A stretch of DNA of 32,676 nucleotides from Dehalococcoidia bacterium (lineage in GTDB: Bacteria > Chloroflexota > Dehalococcoidia > SZUA-161). Positions 8,562 through 17,078 of the stretch are shown piece after piece. Where the stretch lies: positions 1 to 32,676 of the forward strand of contig JBBIRL010000002.1 of the NCBI GenBank assembly GCA_037441825.1, in the 5' to 3' direction. The first letter of the stretch is position 1; every line of letters starts with the position of its first letter. Made by a program: the position numbers and the translations under genes. A model generated the notes under the pieces. That model made no database searches. It was not told the origin of the DNA and worked only from the letters and a program-made list of their open reading frames with translations.

Positions 8562-10226
8562 TTATGTAAGATACGTTTTTATATAGTGCTCCATCTCCTT
8601 TGTGGGTTTCCACCACTTTTTAACGCCTAAGTCTTCCGCTACCCTGTTAGCAGCGAGATAGCCTGGCCCTCCAAGCACCAGTCCCCCGGGGTAAGTGGAG
8701 GCTCCGCACAGATAGAGGCCCTTAATGGGAGTGTTGTGGTTAGAGCAAGCCTCGTTGGGGCGGAAGCAACCCATCTGAATCGGCGTGTAGTCGCCGTGCT
8801 TGATTGAGCCGCGACGCATGTTGGGAAAGCGTATCTCAATATCCTTCGGAGTTTCCTGGGTGGACATGACAATGTTTTCCCGCTTCATGTTAGGGGCTGC
8901 CTTCTCCCATTTAGCCAGCATTGCCTCTTTGATTTCAGGGCCTCGCTTATCCCAGCCTCCCTCCAGATTATAGGGAGCGTGTATCTGGAAGAAGGAGATA
9001 TGATTGCCGGGCTTCCGAACAAGGTGCGAATCGAGGAAGCTCTCGCAGGTGGCATGACCGCCGAGGCTGTTCTTGTCGAGCTTGCCCGCCACTACGTTAT
9101 CCCAATGGGCAAGGAGTTGCTTGGTGCTCTCGAAGCCGAATATAGTCATGAAGGACTCATCGACCCACGGGTCGCCGCAGGCATAATGAGGAGCTTCCTT
9201 CGATACCACATGCAGGGTGTTGAAGCTCCATTTGTCGTACTTCCAGCGTTCCACAGATTCCTTGAGGTCTGTCGGCAGCTTCTTTTTATCCATAAGGTCA
9301 AAGAAGGTGGTGTGGGGGTCGAGGCTGGATATGACTACATCGCTGTTGAGAGTACGGCCCTCCATAAGTTCAACGCCTGTTACTGAGCCGTTATGCCTAT
9401 TGATTTTGATGACGTCGGAGGACTCCAATATAGTGCCGCCAGCCCGGACGATTTCTCGTGACAGAGCGCCAGCCAGCTTATGTGAACCGCCGTGCAGGTA
9501 GCACTTGTTCATGCCGCGGTCGATAAGGAGCGGGACATAGAAACCTATCCCGGTCTCCCTGGGGTCCAGCCCCCACATGCAACTGATGTACAGCAGGAAA
9601 GCCCTTATCCGGTCGTTCTCAAAGTTTTTATTAACAATCTCAAGCGGGCTTTGCTCTACAAGCTCCAGCATCTCACGGCCAATTTCGGTGCGCTGCATGG
9701 CTACGGTCAGGTCTATCGGAGCCATAGCGGGTATATAGGTTGCCGGAGCCAGTATCTCGCTCACTATGCGCCGCCAGTTCCTCATCAATTTACCGAAAGC
9801 GACCGCATCTTTGTCAGAGTACTTATGGAAAGAATCCATGGTATCCTCGATCATGCGTGTCAGCAGCAGAGAGCCGCCGTCCTCGAACACCATGGCGGTC
9901 TGCAGGTTGGGCTTTATCCAGACCAGGCCGTGGCGCTCCATGTCGAAGTCCTTGATGGCAGGCATAAAGTCGACCATGAGGTGATAGATGGCGTGCATGT
10001 TGGAGTAGAACCCCGGATATAGTATCTCTTCAGTGGCCAATCCTCCGCCGATTTCATAGCGTCGCTCGACTATAGCGACCTTGAGGCCAGCGCGAGCCAG
10101 ATACGCCGCTGTAATGAGGCCATTGGGTCCGGCTCCGATGACAACAGCATCCCAGTCACTCTCAGCAGGGAACTCAGAGAAGAAGCACTGTGGGTGTGGC
10201 TGACCGACTAATTCTCTCTTTTTCAT
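8562..10226 (-). CDS. CrtI-family FAD oxidoreductase, A-type subunit, copy 2
   Basis: The track ORF extends to 10322, but that extension overlaps the B2 3' end. ATG 10226 (MKKRELVGQ...) is preceded by TAAGGAGGAA, where TAA is the B2 stop. Motifs: [37 protein letters not shown]. Confidence 0.85.
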   Translation of the reverse strand: MKKRELVGQPHPQCFFSEFPAESDWDAVVIGAGPNGLITAAYLARAGLKVAIVERRYEIGGGLATEEILYPGFYSNMHAIYHLMVDFMPAIKDFDMERHGLVWIKPNLQTAMVFEDGGSLLLTRMIEDTMDSFHKYSDKDAVAFGKLMRNWRRIVSEILAPATYIPAMAPIDLTVAMQRTEIGREMLELVEQSPLEIVNKNFENDRIRAFLLYISCMWGLDPRETGIGFYVPLLIDRGMNKCYLHGGSHKLAGALSREIVRAGGTILESSDVIKINRHNGSVTGVELMEGRTLNSDVVISSLDPHTTFFDLMDKKKLPTDLKESVERWKYDKWSFNTLHVVSKEAPHYACGDPWVDESFMTIFGFESTKQLLAHWDNVVAGKLDKNSLGGHATCESFLDSHLVRKPGNHISFFQIHAPYNLEGGWDKRGPEIKEAMLAKWEKAAPNMKRENIVMSTQETPKDIEIRFPNMRRGSIKHGDYTPIQMGCFRPNEACSNHNTPIKGLYLCGASTYPGGLVLGGPGYLAANRVAEDLGVKKWWKPTKEMEHYIKTYLT

Positions 10227-10237
10227 AGCTTTCCTCC

Positions 10238-11980
10238 TTAGCGGGTTGCTACCGATGACGGACGGCTCGGTATTGCCGATTTTTTGCCCTTTTCCGGAAT
10301 ATACCAGGGCGAAGCATACCACCAGTCCCCTGGCTCGGCGATGCCATCCTCTATCAGGATGTGCATCAGATTGTAGCCTACGGCCATCAGGCAGAGGCCA
10401 CCGGGGTGGGCGGATGACTGGTGGGAGAGATACAGGCCGTCAATGCCCGGTACGCGGTAGCGTGCCAGCTCGGGCAGCGGGCGCTCGTTCCACCACTGGT
10501 CCCGGTCACAGCGGAGTCCGTACCAGGAGCCGCCAAGCATCCCGGTATTGCGGAACTCCTGCTCCCGAGGGGATTCCCCTATGATTTGGACGATATTATC
10601 GGAATCAAGATTCTCGACCACCTGGCTGAGTGCTTTGCGCATGTATTCGTTCCACTTGACCTTGTCTTCCATCGCGTCCATGCCGTCCACGTTATACTCC
10701 GGCGTGGGGACCAGCATCCACTGAGGCCCGTTGATATAGACCCCGGGGCGGGTACTCTGGGGGTGACACTCGGCGTAGGTCTCACCGGCAACCATGCCGT
10801 ACATCGCTCTCTCCGGAGGGATGGTGAGGTTGCGCTGATGCCCCATGACCTCCGTCACGTTTTCGAAGTATAGCTCCCGCGAGTCATTGGGAAAGAACGG
10901 ACCCGTGAAAGACCCGTAATTTTCGTACCTGTAGCCGGGCGTCTGGAACTTGGGGCGTACGCGAAGCCGTTCACGGGTCAGATAGTGCGTCATGTAGAGG
11001 CTCCCGCCCTTGAGGCTCAGGTCCTTGATCCTCTGCAGGAAGCCGCTGTCCAGATGCCGGGGACCTATCATTTCGAGGAAGGTCGGTTTTATGTGAACGG
11101 CGCTTATCACCGCCTTATTCGCCCAGATCTTCTTCGCACCCCAGGTAGCATCGTCCCTGAGCCGTACACCGACGGCACGATCGTGCTCGATGATGATCTC
11201 CTCCACGGGGCAGCAGGTGCGCACGACGGCGCCGTGAGCAATTGCACAGCGCAGCAGGGCATGATAGTAGCCGTGGATGTTGCCGCGCGGTGCCACGGGC
11301 ATGGCGACGGCAGGCGGCATGACGGTGGCCACGCTGCACAGGGCCGGGATAGCTGCTCCCTCCATATGGCCGTGGGCCCCCGATACCAGGGCTATCCATG
11401 CCTGGTTCACCTTGAAGGGCTCGGTATCCAGGTACTCGTCCATGAGGTCGAACATAGTCCACTCGAGCAGCTCTCTGGTCCACATGTCCGGCTGGTGCTG
11501 TTTGTATACCTGCATAAAGGGGATGGTGTGCTCATTGAGCTCGACGTGGGGGGGATGCGGCGGACACCAGAAAGTGGCACGCATCAGGTCTTTAAAGAAC
11601 GGGGGATCGGTCAGCAGGCCGGTGATCTTGGCATAACCCATCTTATCTTTATCGGTCACCTGGGACAGGCCATCGCTGGTAGTCATGTACCTGTCAGTGT
11701 CAAATGGGACAATTGCGCCCGCCTTCCAGTCCATGCGGAATCCGTACTTCCATAGCTCCAACTGCTCCCAGCCCGGAGCCGAGCCCCCGTAGTTGGCGAT
11801 GGCATGGGGCTGAATGCGAACGCCGGCTATGGGCTCGCAGGTCTCCTGCGCTCCGCCACACTCCGGCCTCTCTTCCAGCATGCAGACGCTTAATCCGCAC
11901 TTGGCCAGATAGGCTGCAGTAGTTGTGCCGTTGTGGCCTGCACCGATGATGACAATGTCGTACCTTTCTTCCTTGTTCAT
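10238..11980 (-). CDS. CrtI-family FAD oxidoreductase, B-type subunit, copy 2 (GC-rich copy)
   Basis: YDIVIIGAGHNGTTTAAYLAKCG...EERPECGGA and C-terminal LYLSHQSSAHPGG. ATG start with AGGAGG upstream. Confidence 0.85.
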   Translation of the reverse strand: MNKEERYDIVIIGAGHNGTTTAAYLAKCGLSVCMLEERPECGGAQETCEPIAGVRIQPHAIANYGGSAPGWEQLELWKYGFRMDWKAGAIVPFDTDRYMTTSDGLSQVTDKDKMGYAKITGLLTDPPFFKDLMRATFWCPPHPPHVELNEHTIPFMQVYKQHQPDMWTRELLEWTMFDLMDEYLDTEPFKVNQAWIALVSGAHGHMEGAAIPALCSVATVMPPAVAMPVAPRGNIHGYYHALLRCAIAHGAVVRTCCPVEEIIIEHDRAVGVRLRDDATWGAKKIWANKAVISAVHIKPTFLEMIGPRHLDSGFLQRIKDLSLKGGSLYMTHYLTRERLRVRPKFQTPGYRYENYGSFTGPFFPNDSRELYFENVTEVMGHQRNLTIPPERAMYGMVAGETYAECHPQSTRPGVYINGPQWMLVPTPEYNVDGMDAMEDKVKWNEYMRKALSQVVENLDSDNIVQIIGESPREQEFRNTGMLGGSWYGLRCDRDQWWNERPLPELARYRVPGIDGLYLSHQSSAHPGGLCLMAVGYNLMHILIEDGIAEPGDWWYASPWYIPEKGKKSAIPSRPSSVATR

Positions 11981-12021
11981 GTACCACCTCCTATTGATTA
12001 TTTGGTTAAGCCAGTATGGAT

Positions 12022-13668
12022 TTAAGTCAGGTACGTCTTGATATAGCGCTCCATCTCAGGCGTAGTCTTCCACCACTTCTTGACGCCAAGGTCTTCGGCC
12101 ACCTTGTTAGCGCCCAGATAGCCCGGGCCGCCGAGCACCAGTCCTCCCGGATATGTGGATGCGCCGCATACGTAAAGCCCCTCTACAGGAGTCCTGGTGC
12201 TGGAGCATTCCTGATTGGGGCGGAAAGAGCCCAGTTGTATCGGCTTGTAATCCCCATGCTTGATACCGCCGCGGCGCATATTGGGGAAGCGGGTCTCTAT
12301 GTCCACCGGCGTCTCATGGACAGTCATGATGATGTTCTCACGCTTCATATTGGGAGCAACCTTCTGCCATTTCGCCAGAATTGCCTCTTCCATTTCTTTG
12401 CCCTTCTTCTCCCAACCGCCCGGGATTTCGTAGGGGGCGTGCATCTGAAAGAAGGAAGTATGCTTGCCCGGCTTATCGCTGAGGTGGGGATCGTGGAGAG
12501 TCTCGCAGGTGGCGTGCCCGCCGAAATTAGCGCCGATCTTGCCCGCCACCACATTATCCCAGTGGGCCAGAAGTTGCTCTGTGCTTTCGATGCCGAAGAT
12601 GGTCATGAAAGCATCGTTTACCCAGGGGTCGTCGCACTTATAGCGCGGGGGCTCCTCGGAGGCAACATGCAGGGTATAGAAGCTCCACTTGTCGTACTTC
12701 CACCCGTCAATCAAAGCTTTGAAGTCTTTATCCAGGTGCTGTGCTCCGACGAGGTCGAGAAAGGTAGTATGCGGGTCAAGAGTGGACATGACTACCTTAC
12801 TGCGCAGGGTGCGCCCTTCGGCAAGCTCAACTCCGGCAGCCCTCCCATTCTGCACTATTATCTTGTTCACCTCTGCATGTTCCAGAATCAACCCCCCGGC
12901 TTTGACTAGCTCTCTGCCCATAGCGCTGGCAAATTTGTGCGAGCCTCCGTAGCAGTAGCATTTATTCATGCCCCGGTCCAGAAGTAGTGGCACGAAGAAG
13001 CCTATACCGGTCTCCCTGGGGTCGAGCCCCCACATGCAACTGGCATACAGCATCAGGGCTCTAACCCGGTCGTTCTCAAAGGTGTGATTGATGATTTCCA
13101 GCGGGCTCTGCTCAATGAGCTCCAGCATCTCCTGGCCGACCTTGGTCTTCTGGAGAGCCATGCTCATCTCGATTGGGGTCATCGTGGGCACGTAGGTGGC
13201 TGGAGCCACTATCTCGTCTACGATGCGTCTCCAGCTTCTCATCACCTTGCCGAAGTTGACAGCATCCTTAAAGGAGAACTTACTGATTGAATCCTTGGTA
13301 TCCTCTATCATCTGCGTCAGGAGCAGGGACTTGCCATCCTCGAAAACCATGGCTGTTTGCGCATTGGGCTTGATCCAGAGAAGCGAAGCCCCGTCCAGGT
13401 TGAAGTCCTTGATGACGGGCATATAGTCGACCATCATGTGATAGATAACGTGCGGGTTGGAGGAGTAACAGGGATATAATATTTCCTCGGTGGCCAGTCC
13501 TCCTCCGATTTCGTAGCGGCGTTCGATGAGAGCCACTTTCAGCCCTGCTTTAGCCAGATAAGCCGCTGCCATTAATCCATTAGGACCCGCACCTATGATA
13601 ACGGCATCCCATTCGCTATTTTCAGGAAACTCCTGAAACATATGTCCAAAATAGTCGTCTGTCGTCAC
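12022..13668 (-). CDS. CrtI-family FAD oxidoreductase, A-type subunit, copy 3
   Basis: The track start at 13689 is a TTG. GTG 13668 is preceded by AGGAGAAACATC and gives a 548-aa product, the same length as copy 1. Motifs: [37 protein letters not shown]. Confidence 0.8.
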   Translation of the reverse strand: MTTDDYFGHMFQEFPENSEWDAVIIGAGPNGLMAAAYLAKAGLKVALIERRYEIGGGLATEEILYPCYSSNPHVIYHMMVDYMPVIKDFNLDGASLLWIKPNAQTAMVFEDGKSLLLTQMIEDTKDSISKFSFKDAVNFGKVMRSWRRIVDEIVAPATYVPTMTPIEMSMALQKTKVGQEMLELIEQSPLEIINHTFENDRVRALMLYASCMWGLDPRETGIGFFVPLLLDRGMNKCYCYGGSHKFASAMGRELVKAGGLILEHAEVNKIIVQNGRAAGVELAEGRTLRSKVVMSTLDPHTTFLDLVGAQHLDKDFKALIDGWKYDKWSFYTLHVASEEPPRYKCDDPWVNDAFMTIFGIESTEQLLAHWDNVVAGKIGANFGGHATCETLHDPHLSDKPGKHTSFFQMHAPYEIPGGWEKKGKEMEEAILAKWQKVAPNMKRENIIMTVHETPVDIETRFPNMRRGGIKHGDYKPIQLGSFRPNQECSSTRTPVEGLYVCGASTYPGGLVLGGPGYLGANKVAEDLGVKKWWKTTPEMERYIKTYLT

Positions 13669-13697
13669 GATGTTTCTCCTCTCGGTCAACTGTCATA

Positions 13698-15425
13698 TCA
13701 GCGAGGTATCGCAGAAACCTTTGCCTTTTGGGGTATGTAATACGGCGATGGATACCACCATTTCCCTGGTTCAGCGATACCGTCCTCGATAAGTATGTGC
13801 ATCAGGTTGTAGGGTATAGCCATTAAACACAGACCCCCGGGATGTCCTGTGGTCTGATGGCAGGTATAAAGCCCCTCGATGGGAGTGCGGTATCGAGCCA
13901 GCTCAGGTATGGGACGCCGCGTCCACGACTGGTCACGGCAGTGGCGGGAGCCGCACCAGGTGCCGCCTATGAGGCCGGTATTGCGGAACTCTACTTCCCG
14001 GCCGGTGGCTGACCAGCAGTGGATGATGTTTTCCTCATCAAGCCCGTCCAGCGCCTGACTGAACGCCTTGCGCATATAATCGTCTAGCTTTACTTTTTCT
14101 TTGTCCTGAGCATCGATGCCTTCAATCTGATACTCCGGGACAGGGACATTCACTTCAAAGGCGGCTGAAATATATCCGTTGCGATATTGGCCCTGACAAT
14201 CGGTTGGATTGAATGCCTGAGAAGGAGTTAGGAACCACATTAATTTTTCAGGCGGCAGGGTAGGAAGGCTCTTGCGTGCATCGCAATCAGCCACGTTTTC
14301 ATAGTAGAGCTCCCGTGAGTCCGAGGGGTAAACCCCTCCGGAGGCAACCTTGGCCGGTCCCGAAACACCTGTTTCGCTCTCCTGCATCGCTTTGTATCTT
14401 TGGTTCCACTGGATAGGCTTGCGTGTGTGGTAAGTAGTTACATAAAGCGTGCCATTCTTCAGGCTGATGTCCTTTACTTTCTGAATGAACGATGGGTCGA
14501 GATGCTCTCGCCCTATCATCTTGAGAAAAGTCTGTTTATAGTCGACAGCGGCTATCACTGCTTTGTTCGCCCAGATTTTCCGACCGCCTATCGCTGCTGT
14601 CTCCCTCAGACGTACACCCATCGCTCGCCCATCTTGCACAATGATTTCATCGACGGGGCAGGCCGTACGCACCACTGTGCCGTGGGCTACGGCGCAGCGA
14701 TGGATGGCATGGAAATATCCGTGAAGTCCACCGCGAGGGATGCTCAGTTTACCTGTGTTCGGTAAAATAAGAAGCTGCACACTGAGTAAAGCAGGGATGG
14801 CCACGCCTTCCCAGTGACCGGCGGCTCCCGATGCCCAGGCTGCGAACGCCATAGTTACCTTGAAAGGCTCGCTCTCCAAAAACTCGTCCATAAGCTCGAA
14901 CATCGTCCATTCACGCAGCTCTGGTGTACATACATCGGGCTGGTATTTTTTGTAAACCTGAATGTATGGGGTGTTCTCATCGGTTACTTCCACTTCGGAG
15001 GGATGAGGAGGGCACCAGAAGGTGGCACGCATGAGCTCCTGTGTAAATGGAGGCTGACCAAGCAGGCCGCCGAGCTTGGCGAAACCCATGGCATCCTTCT
15101 CTGTGATGGGAGACACACCTTGAGTGGTAGTGTTACCTGCGGTTAACGATTTCATCATATCAACCGGATTCCAGGCCATGCGAAAACCATACTTGTGAAG
15201 CTCTAGTTGCTCGAAACCCGGAGCGGGGGCTGCGTACATGAGCATGGCATGAGGATAGATTCGTACGCCGGGGATAGGCTCGACAGTCTCGCAGGCCCCT
15301 CCACATTCCACGCGTTCCTCAAGCACGCAGACGCTCAGTCCGCATTTAGCCAGATATGCCGCTGTAGCCATCCCATTGGGGCCTCCACCTACTATGACTA
15401 CATCGTATCTTTCATCCCTGGACAT
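13698..15425 (-). CDS. CrtI-family FAD oxidoreductase, B-type subunit, copy 3; first gene of block 2
   Basis: YDVVIVGGGPNGMATAAYLAKCG...EERVECGGA and C-terminal LYTCHQTTGHPGG. ATG start with AGGAGG upstream. A 489-nt non-coding gap precedes it. Confidence 0.85.
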   Translation of the reverse strand: MSRDERYDVVIVGGGPNGMATAAYLAKCGLSVCVLEERVECGGACETVEPIPGVRIYPHAMLMYAAPAPGFEQLELHKYGFRMAWNPVDMMKSLTAGNTTTQGVSPITEKDAMGFAKLGGLLGQPPFTQELMRATFWCPPHPSEVEVTDENTPYIQVYKKYQPDVCTPELREWTMFELMDEFLESEPFKVTMAFAAWASGAAGHWEGVAIPALLSVQLLILPNTGKLSIPRGGLHGYFHAIHRCAVAHGTVVRTACPVDEIIVQDGRAMGVRLRETAAIGGRKIWANKAVIAAVDYKQTFLKMIGREHLDPSFIQKVKDISLKNGTLYVTTYHTRKPIQWNQRYKAMQESETGVSGPAKVASGGVYPSDSRELYYENVADCDARKSLPTLPPEKLMWFLTPSQAFNPTDCQGQYRNGYISAAFEVNVPVPEYQIEGIDAQDKEKVKLDDYMRKAFSQALDGLDEENIIHCWSATGREVEFRNTGLIGGTWCGSRHCRDQSWTRRPIPELARYRTPIEGLYTCHQTTGHPGGLCLMAIPYNLMHILIEDGIAEPGKWWYPSPYYIPQKAKVSAIPR

Positions 15426-15673
15426 AGTTCCTCCTTACCAATGCATTGCGGGAATAAGCAAAGTAGAACTAAATGCTGGACAAAAAATGCCATCTCACCC
15501 TGCTCGCCAGTTAGAGCAAAGCTGGTAACCAGCCGTTTCGACCAGTGCTAATTTATACGATTATGTTTAGCCCACTCACTTAGGATCTGCTTCTTTGAGA
15601 AACAGATCAAAAAAGAAGAAGCCACAAACCCTATTGAGGGGATTGTGTTATATTTATATCTTGTGGTGAGATA

Positions 15674-15702
15674 TTTTTACTGCGCAATGCTGGGGGTGTC
15701 AA
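15674..15702 (-). promoter_or_regulatory. Candidate sigma70-type promoter for block 2 (TTGACA-N17-TAAAAA read on the minus strand)
   Basis: The reverse complement of 15661-15702 reads TTGACAcccccagcattgcgcagTAAAAAtatctc. This would imply a 5' UTR of about 240 nt ahead of the 15425 start. It rests on a hexamer match only. Confidence 0.25.
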
Positions 15703-15914
15703 TAGAGAAAACCCGATGTTTTTACGTAGTGTTATGGTATACAGGGGAGAGGGGAAATTGATATAAGTTTGCTAATAAGTTGTATTTGGAATGGCCTGTT
15801 TCGCGGTCGAGCACATTTAGTTATGATGGACATGTCTTTGTCTGCATGTTGGGGAAGGGCATCAGCATTTGGAGGTGAAATCGCATTACGCTGACGATTG
15901 CTCAAGATAATATC

Positions 15915-16187
15915 TTATCCTCCGCTGATAGCGAGCACAAAGAAGAGCTCGTCGCCATTGTTCAGCGGCTTGGTCAGGTCGTCGGCCGAGATTTTTTGTC
16001 CGTTAACGAAGAACCACACCTGGGGGCGCAGATTGCCCTGCTTGTCATATAGCCATCGCTTCATTTTCGGGAATCGAGCTTCCAACTCGTGAAGGCATTC
16101 CATAGGGTTGTTTCCTGTTACCTTCACAAACTCTTGTCCGTCAGTATATTTTCGAAATAGCGATGATATTTTTATAGTAACATCCAT
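15915..16187 (-). CDS. MoaD/ThiS-family ubiquitin-like sulfur carrier
   Basis: 90 aa ending in ...LAISGG-stop, the C-terminal Gly-Gly typical of the family. It sits directly downstream of an E1-like adenylyltransferase gene. ATG start. Confidence 0.75.
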   Translation of the reverse strand: MDVTIKISSLFRKYTDGQEFVKVTGNNPMECLHELEARFPKMKRWLYDKQGNLRPQVWFFVNGQKISADDLTKPLNNGDELFFVLAISGG

Positions 16188-16199
16188 CTTACATCCCGA

Positions 16200-16919
16200 T
16201 CACTTACACTCACAGCAATTTGGGTCTTTCTTCAGTCTGACTTCGCTGAATTTCATACTGATCCCATCATATATCAAGAGCCTGTCTGTGAGCAATTCGC
16301 CTATGCCCAGGATATACTTTATTACTTCGGTAGCCTGGATGCAGCCGATAACCGCTGGGGTGACTCCGACCACAGGGATCTTGCCCGGTATAACGCCCTG
16401 GTATAAGCACCTCAAGCACGCTGTCTTGCCTGGGATTACTGTGGTGGCCCTGCCCTCGAAACCGTAGACTGCCCCGTGAAACAAGGGTAGGTTTTTCTTG
16501 ACCGCAACCTGGTTTAGCAGAAACCTTGCCGGAAGATTGTCCATAGCGTCCACTATCAAATAATCACCTACAAGGTCGAACACATTGTTCTCATCGATTG
16601 TTGCCTTTACAGCCTCTACACTGATATGCGGATTAAGCGCCTCGAGCTTCTCTTTAGCCGAGTCAACCTTATTCCTTCCGATGTCTTTATCTGAATGCAG
16701 CACCTGACGGTTCAGGTTGCTGAGTTCCACCTTGTCACCATCTATGATTTTGATTCTTCCCACACCGGCTACGGCTAAATAGGTCAGAATGGCAGAGCCG
16801 AGACCGCCGGCTCCAGCGACCAGAACCTTTGCCTTCTTGAGCTTTTCCTGCCCCGCTTTTGACCAGCCGGGAATCAGTATTTGCCTTTCATATCTGGCTA
16901 GTTCTCGTTTGCTGAGCAT
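16200..16919 (-). CDS. ThiF/MoeB/HesA-family E1-like adenylyltransferase
   Basis: RYERQILIPGW, the nucleotide loop VLVAGAGGLGS, NLNRQ, and paired zinc motifs CLRC and CCEC. The track start 17057 is a TTG whose extension runs through the 32-nt palindrome. ATG 16919 (MLSKRELARYERQ) gives a family-typical length of about 239 aa. Confidence 0.8.
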   Translation of the reverse strand: MLSKRELARYERQILIPGWSKAGQEKLKKAKVLVAGAGGLGSAILTYLAVAGVGRIKIIDGDKVELSNLNRQVLHSDKDIGRNKVDSAKEKLEALNPHISVEAVKATIDENNVFDLVGDYLIVDAMDNLPARFLLNQVAVKKNLPLFHGAVYGFEGRATTVIPGKTACLRCLYQGVIPGKIPVVGVTPAVIGCIQATEVIKYILGIGELLTDRLLIYDGISMKFSEVRLKKDPNCCECK

Positions 16920-17028
16920 CTTTACTATCGCCTCAATAGCAATGGCTACGATGTTGAAAGCACTTTTTGATATTACCGCATTTGGTTTATCATTGCCAGT
17001 GGAGCCTCTCGTCAATGGGAGTACCTGT

Positions 17029-17060
17029 CCCCCGCGGGGGACAGGTACTCGACTCAAGGA
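17029..17060. repeat. Perfect 32-nt GC-rich palindrome (GAGTACCTGTCCCCCG|CGGGGGACAGGTACTC), 18 nt downstream of the AOR stop
   Basis: Verified base by base; the flanking bases 17028 and 17061 do not pair. Both strands translate to PVPRGGQVL in the ORF track, as expected for a palindrome. No U-tract follows on the transcribed strand, so it is not a canonical intrinsic terminator. Confidence 0.9.
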
Positions 17061-17078
17061 GGGCAGGGAACTGCAGGG

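Noticed and set aside
10227-10322. N-terminal 32-aa extension of the A2 ORF
   Set aside because: The extension overlaps the B2 coding end and has no counterpart in A1 or A3. The internal ATG 10226 has a perfect AGGAGG ribosome-binding site.
15474-15492. TGGCA-containing stretch upstream of the B3 gene, considered as a sigma54 -24/-12 promoter
   Set aside because: On the minus strand it reads TGGCATTTTTTGTCC. The -12 GC element is not at the required spacing, so it does not fit TGGCAC-N5-TTGC.
16920-17057. 46-aa N-terminal extension of the ThiF/MoeB-like ORF (TTG start)
   Set aside because: The extension reads through the 32-nt palindrome, so its PVPRGGQVL segment is a palindrome artefact. 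It starts at a TTG without a ribosome-binding site, and the family-typical N-terminus begins at ATG 16919.
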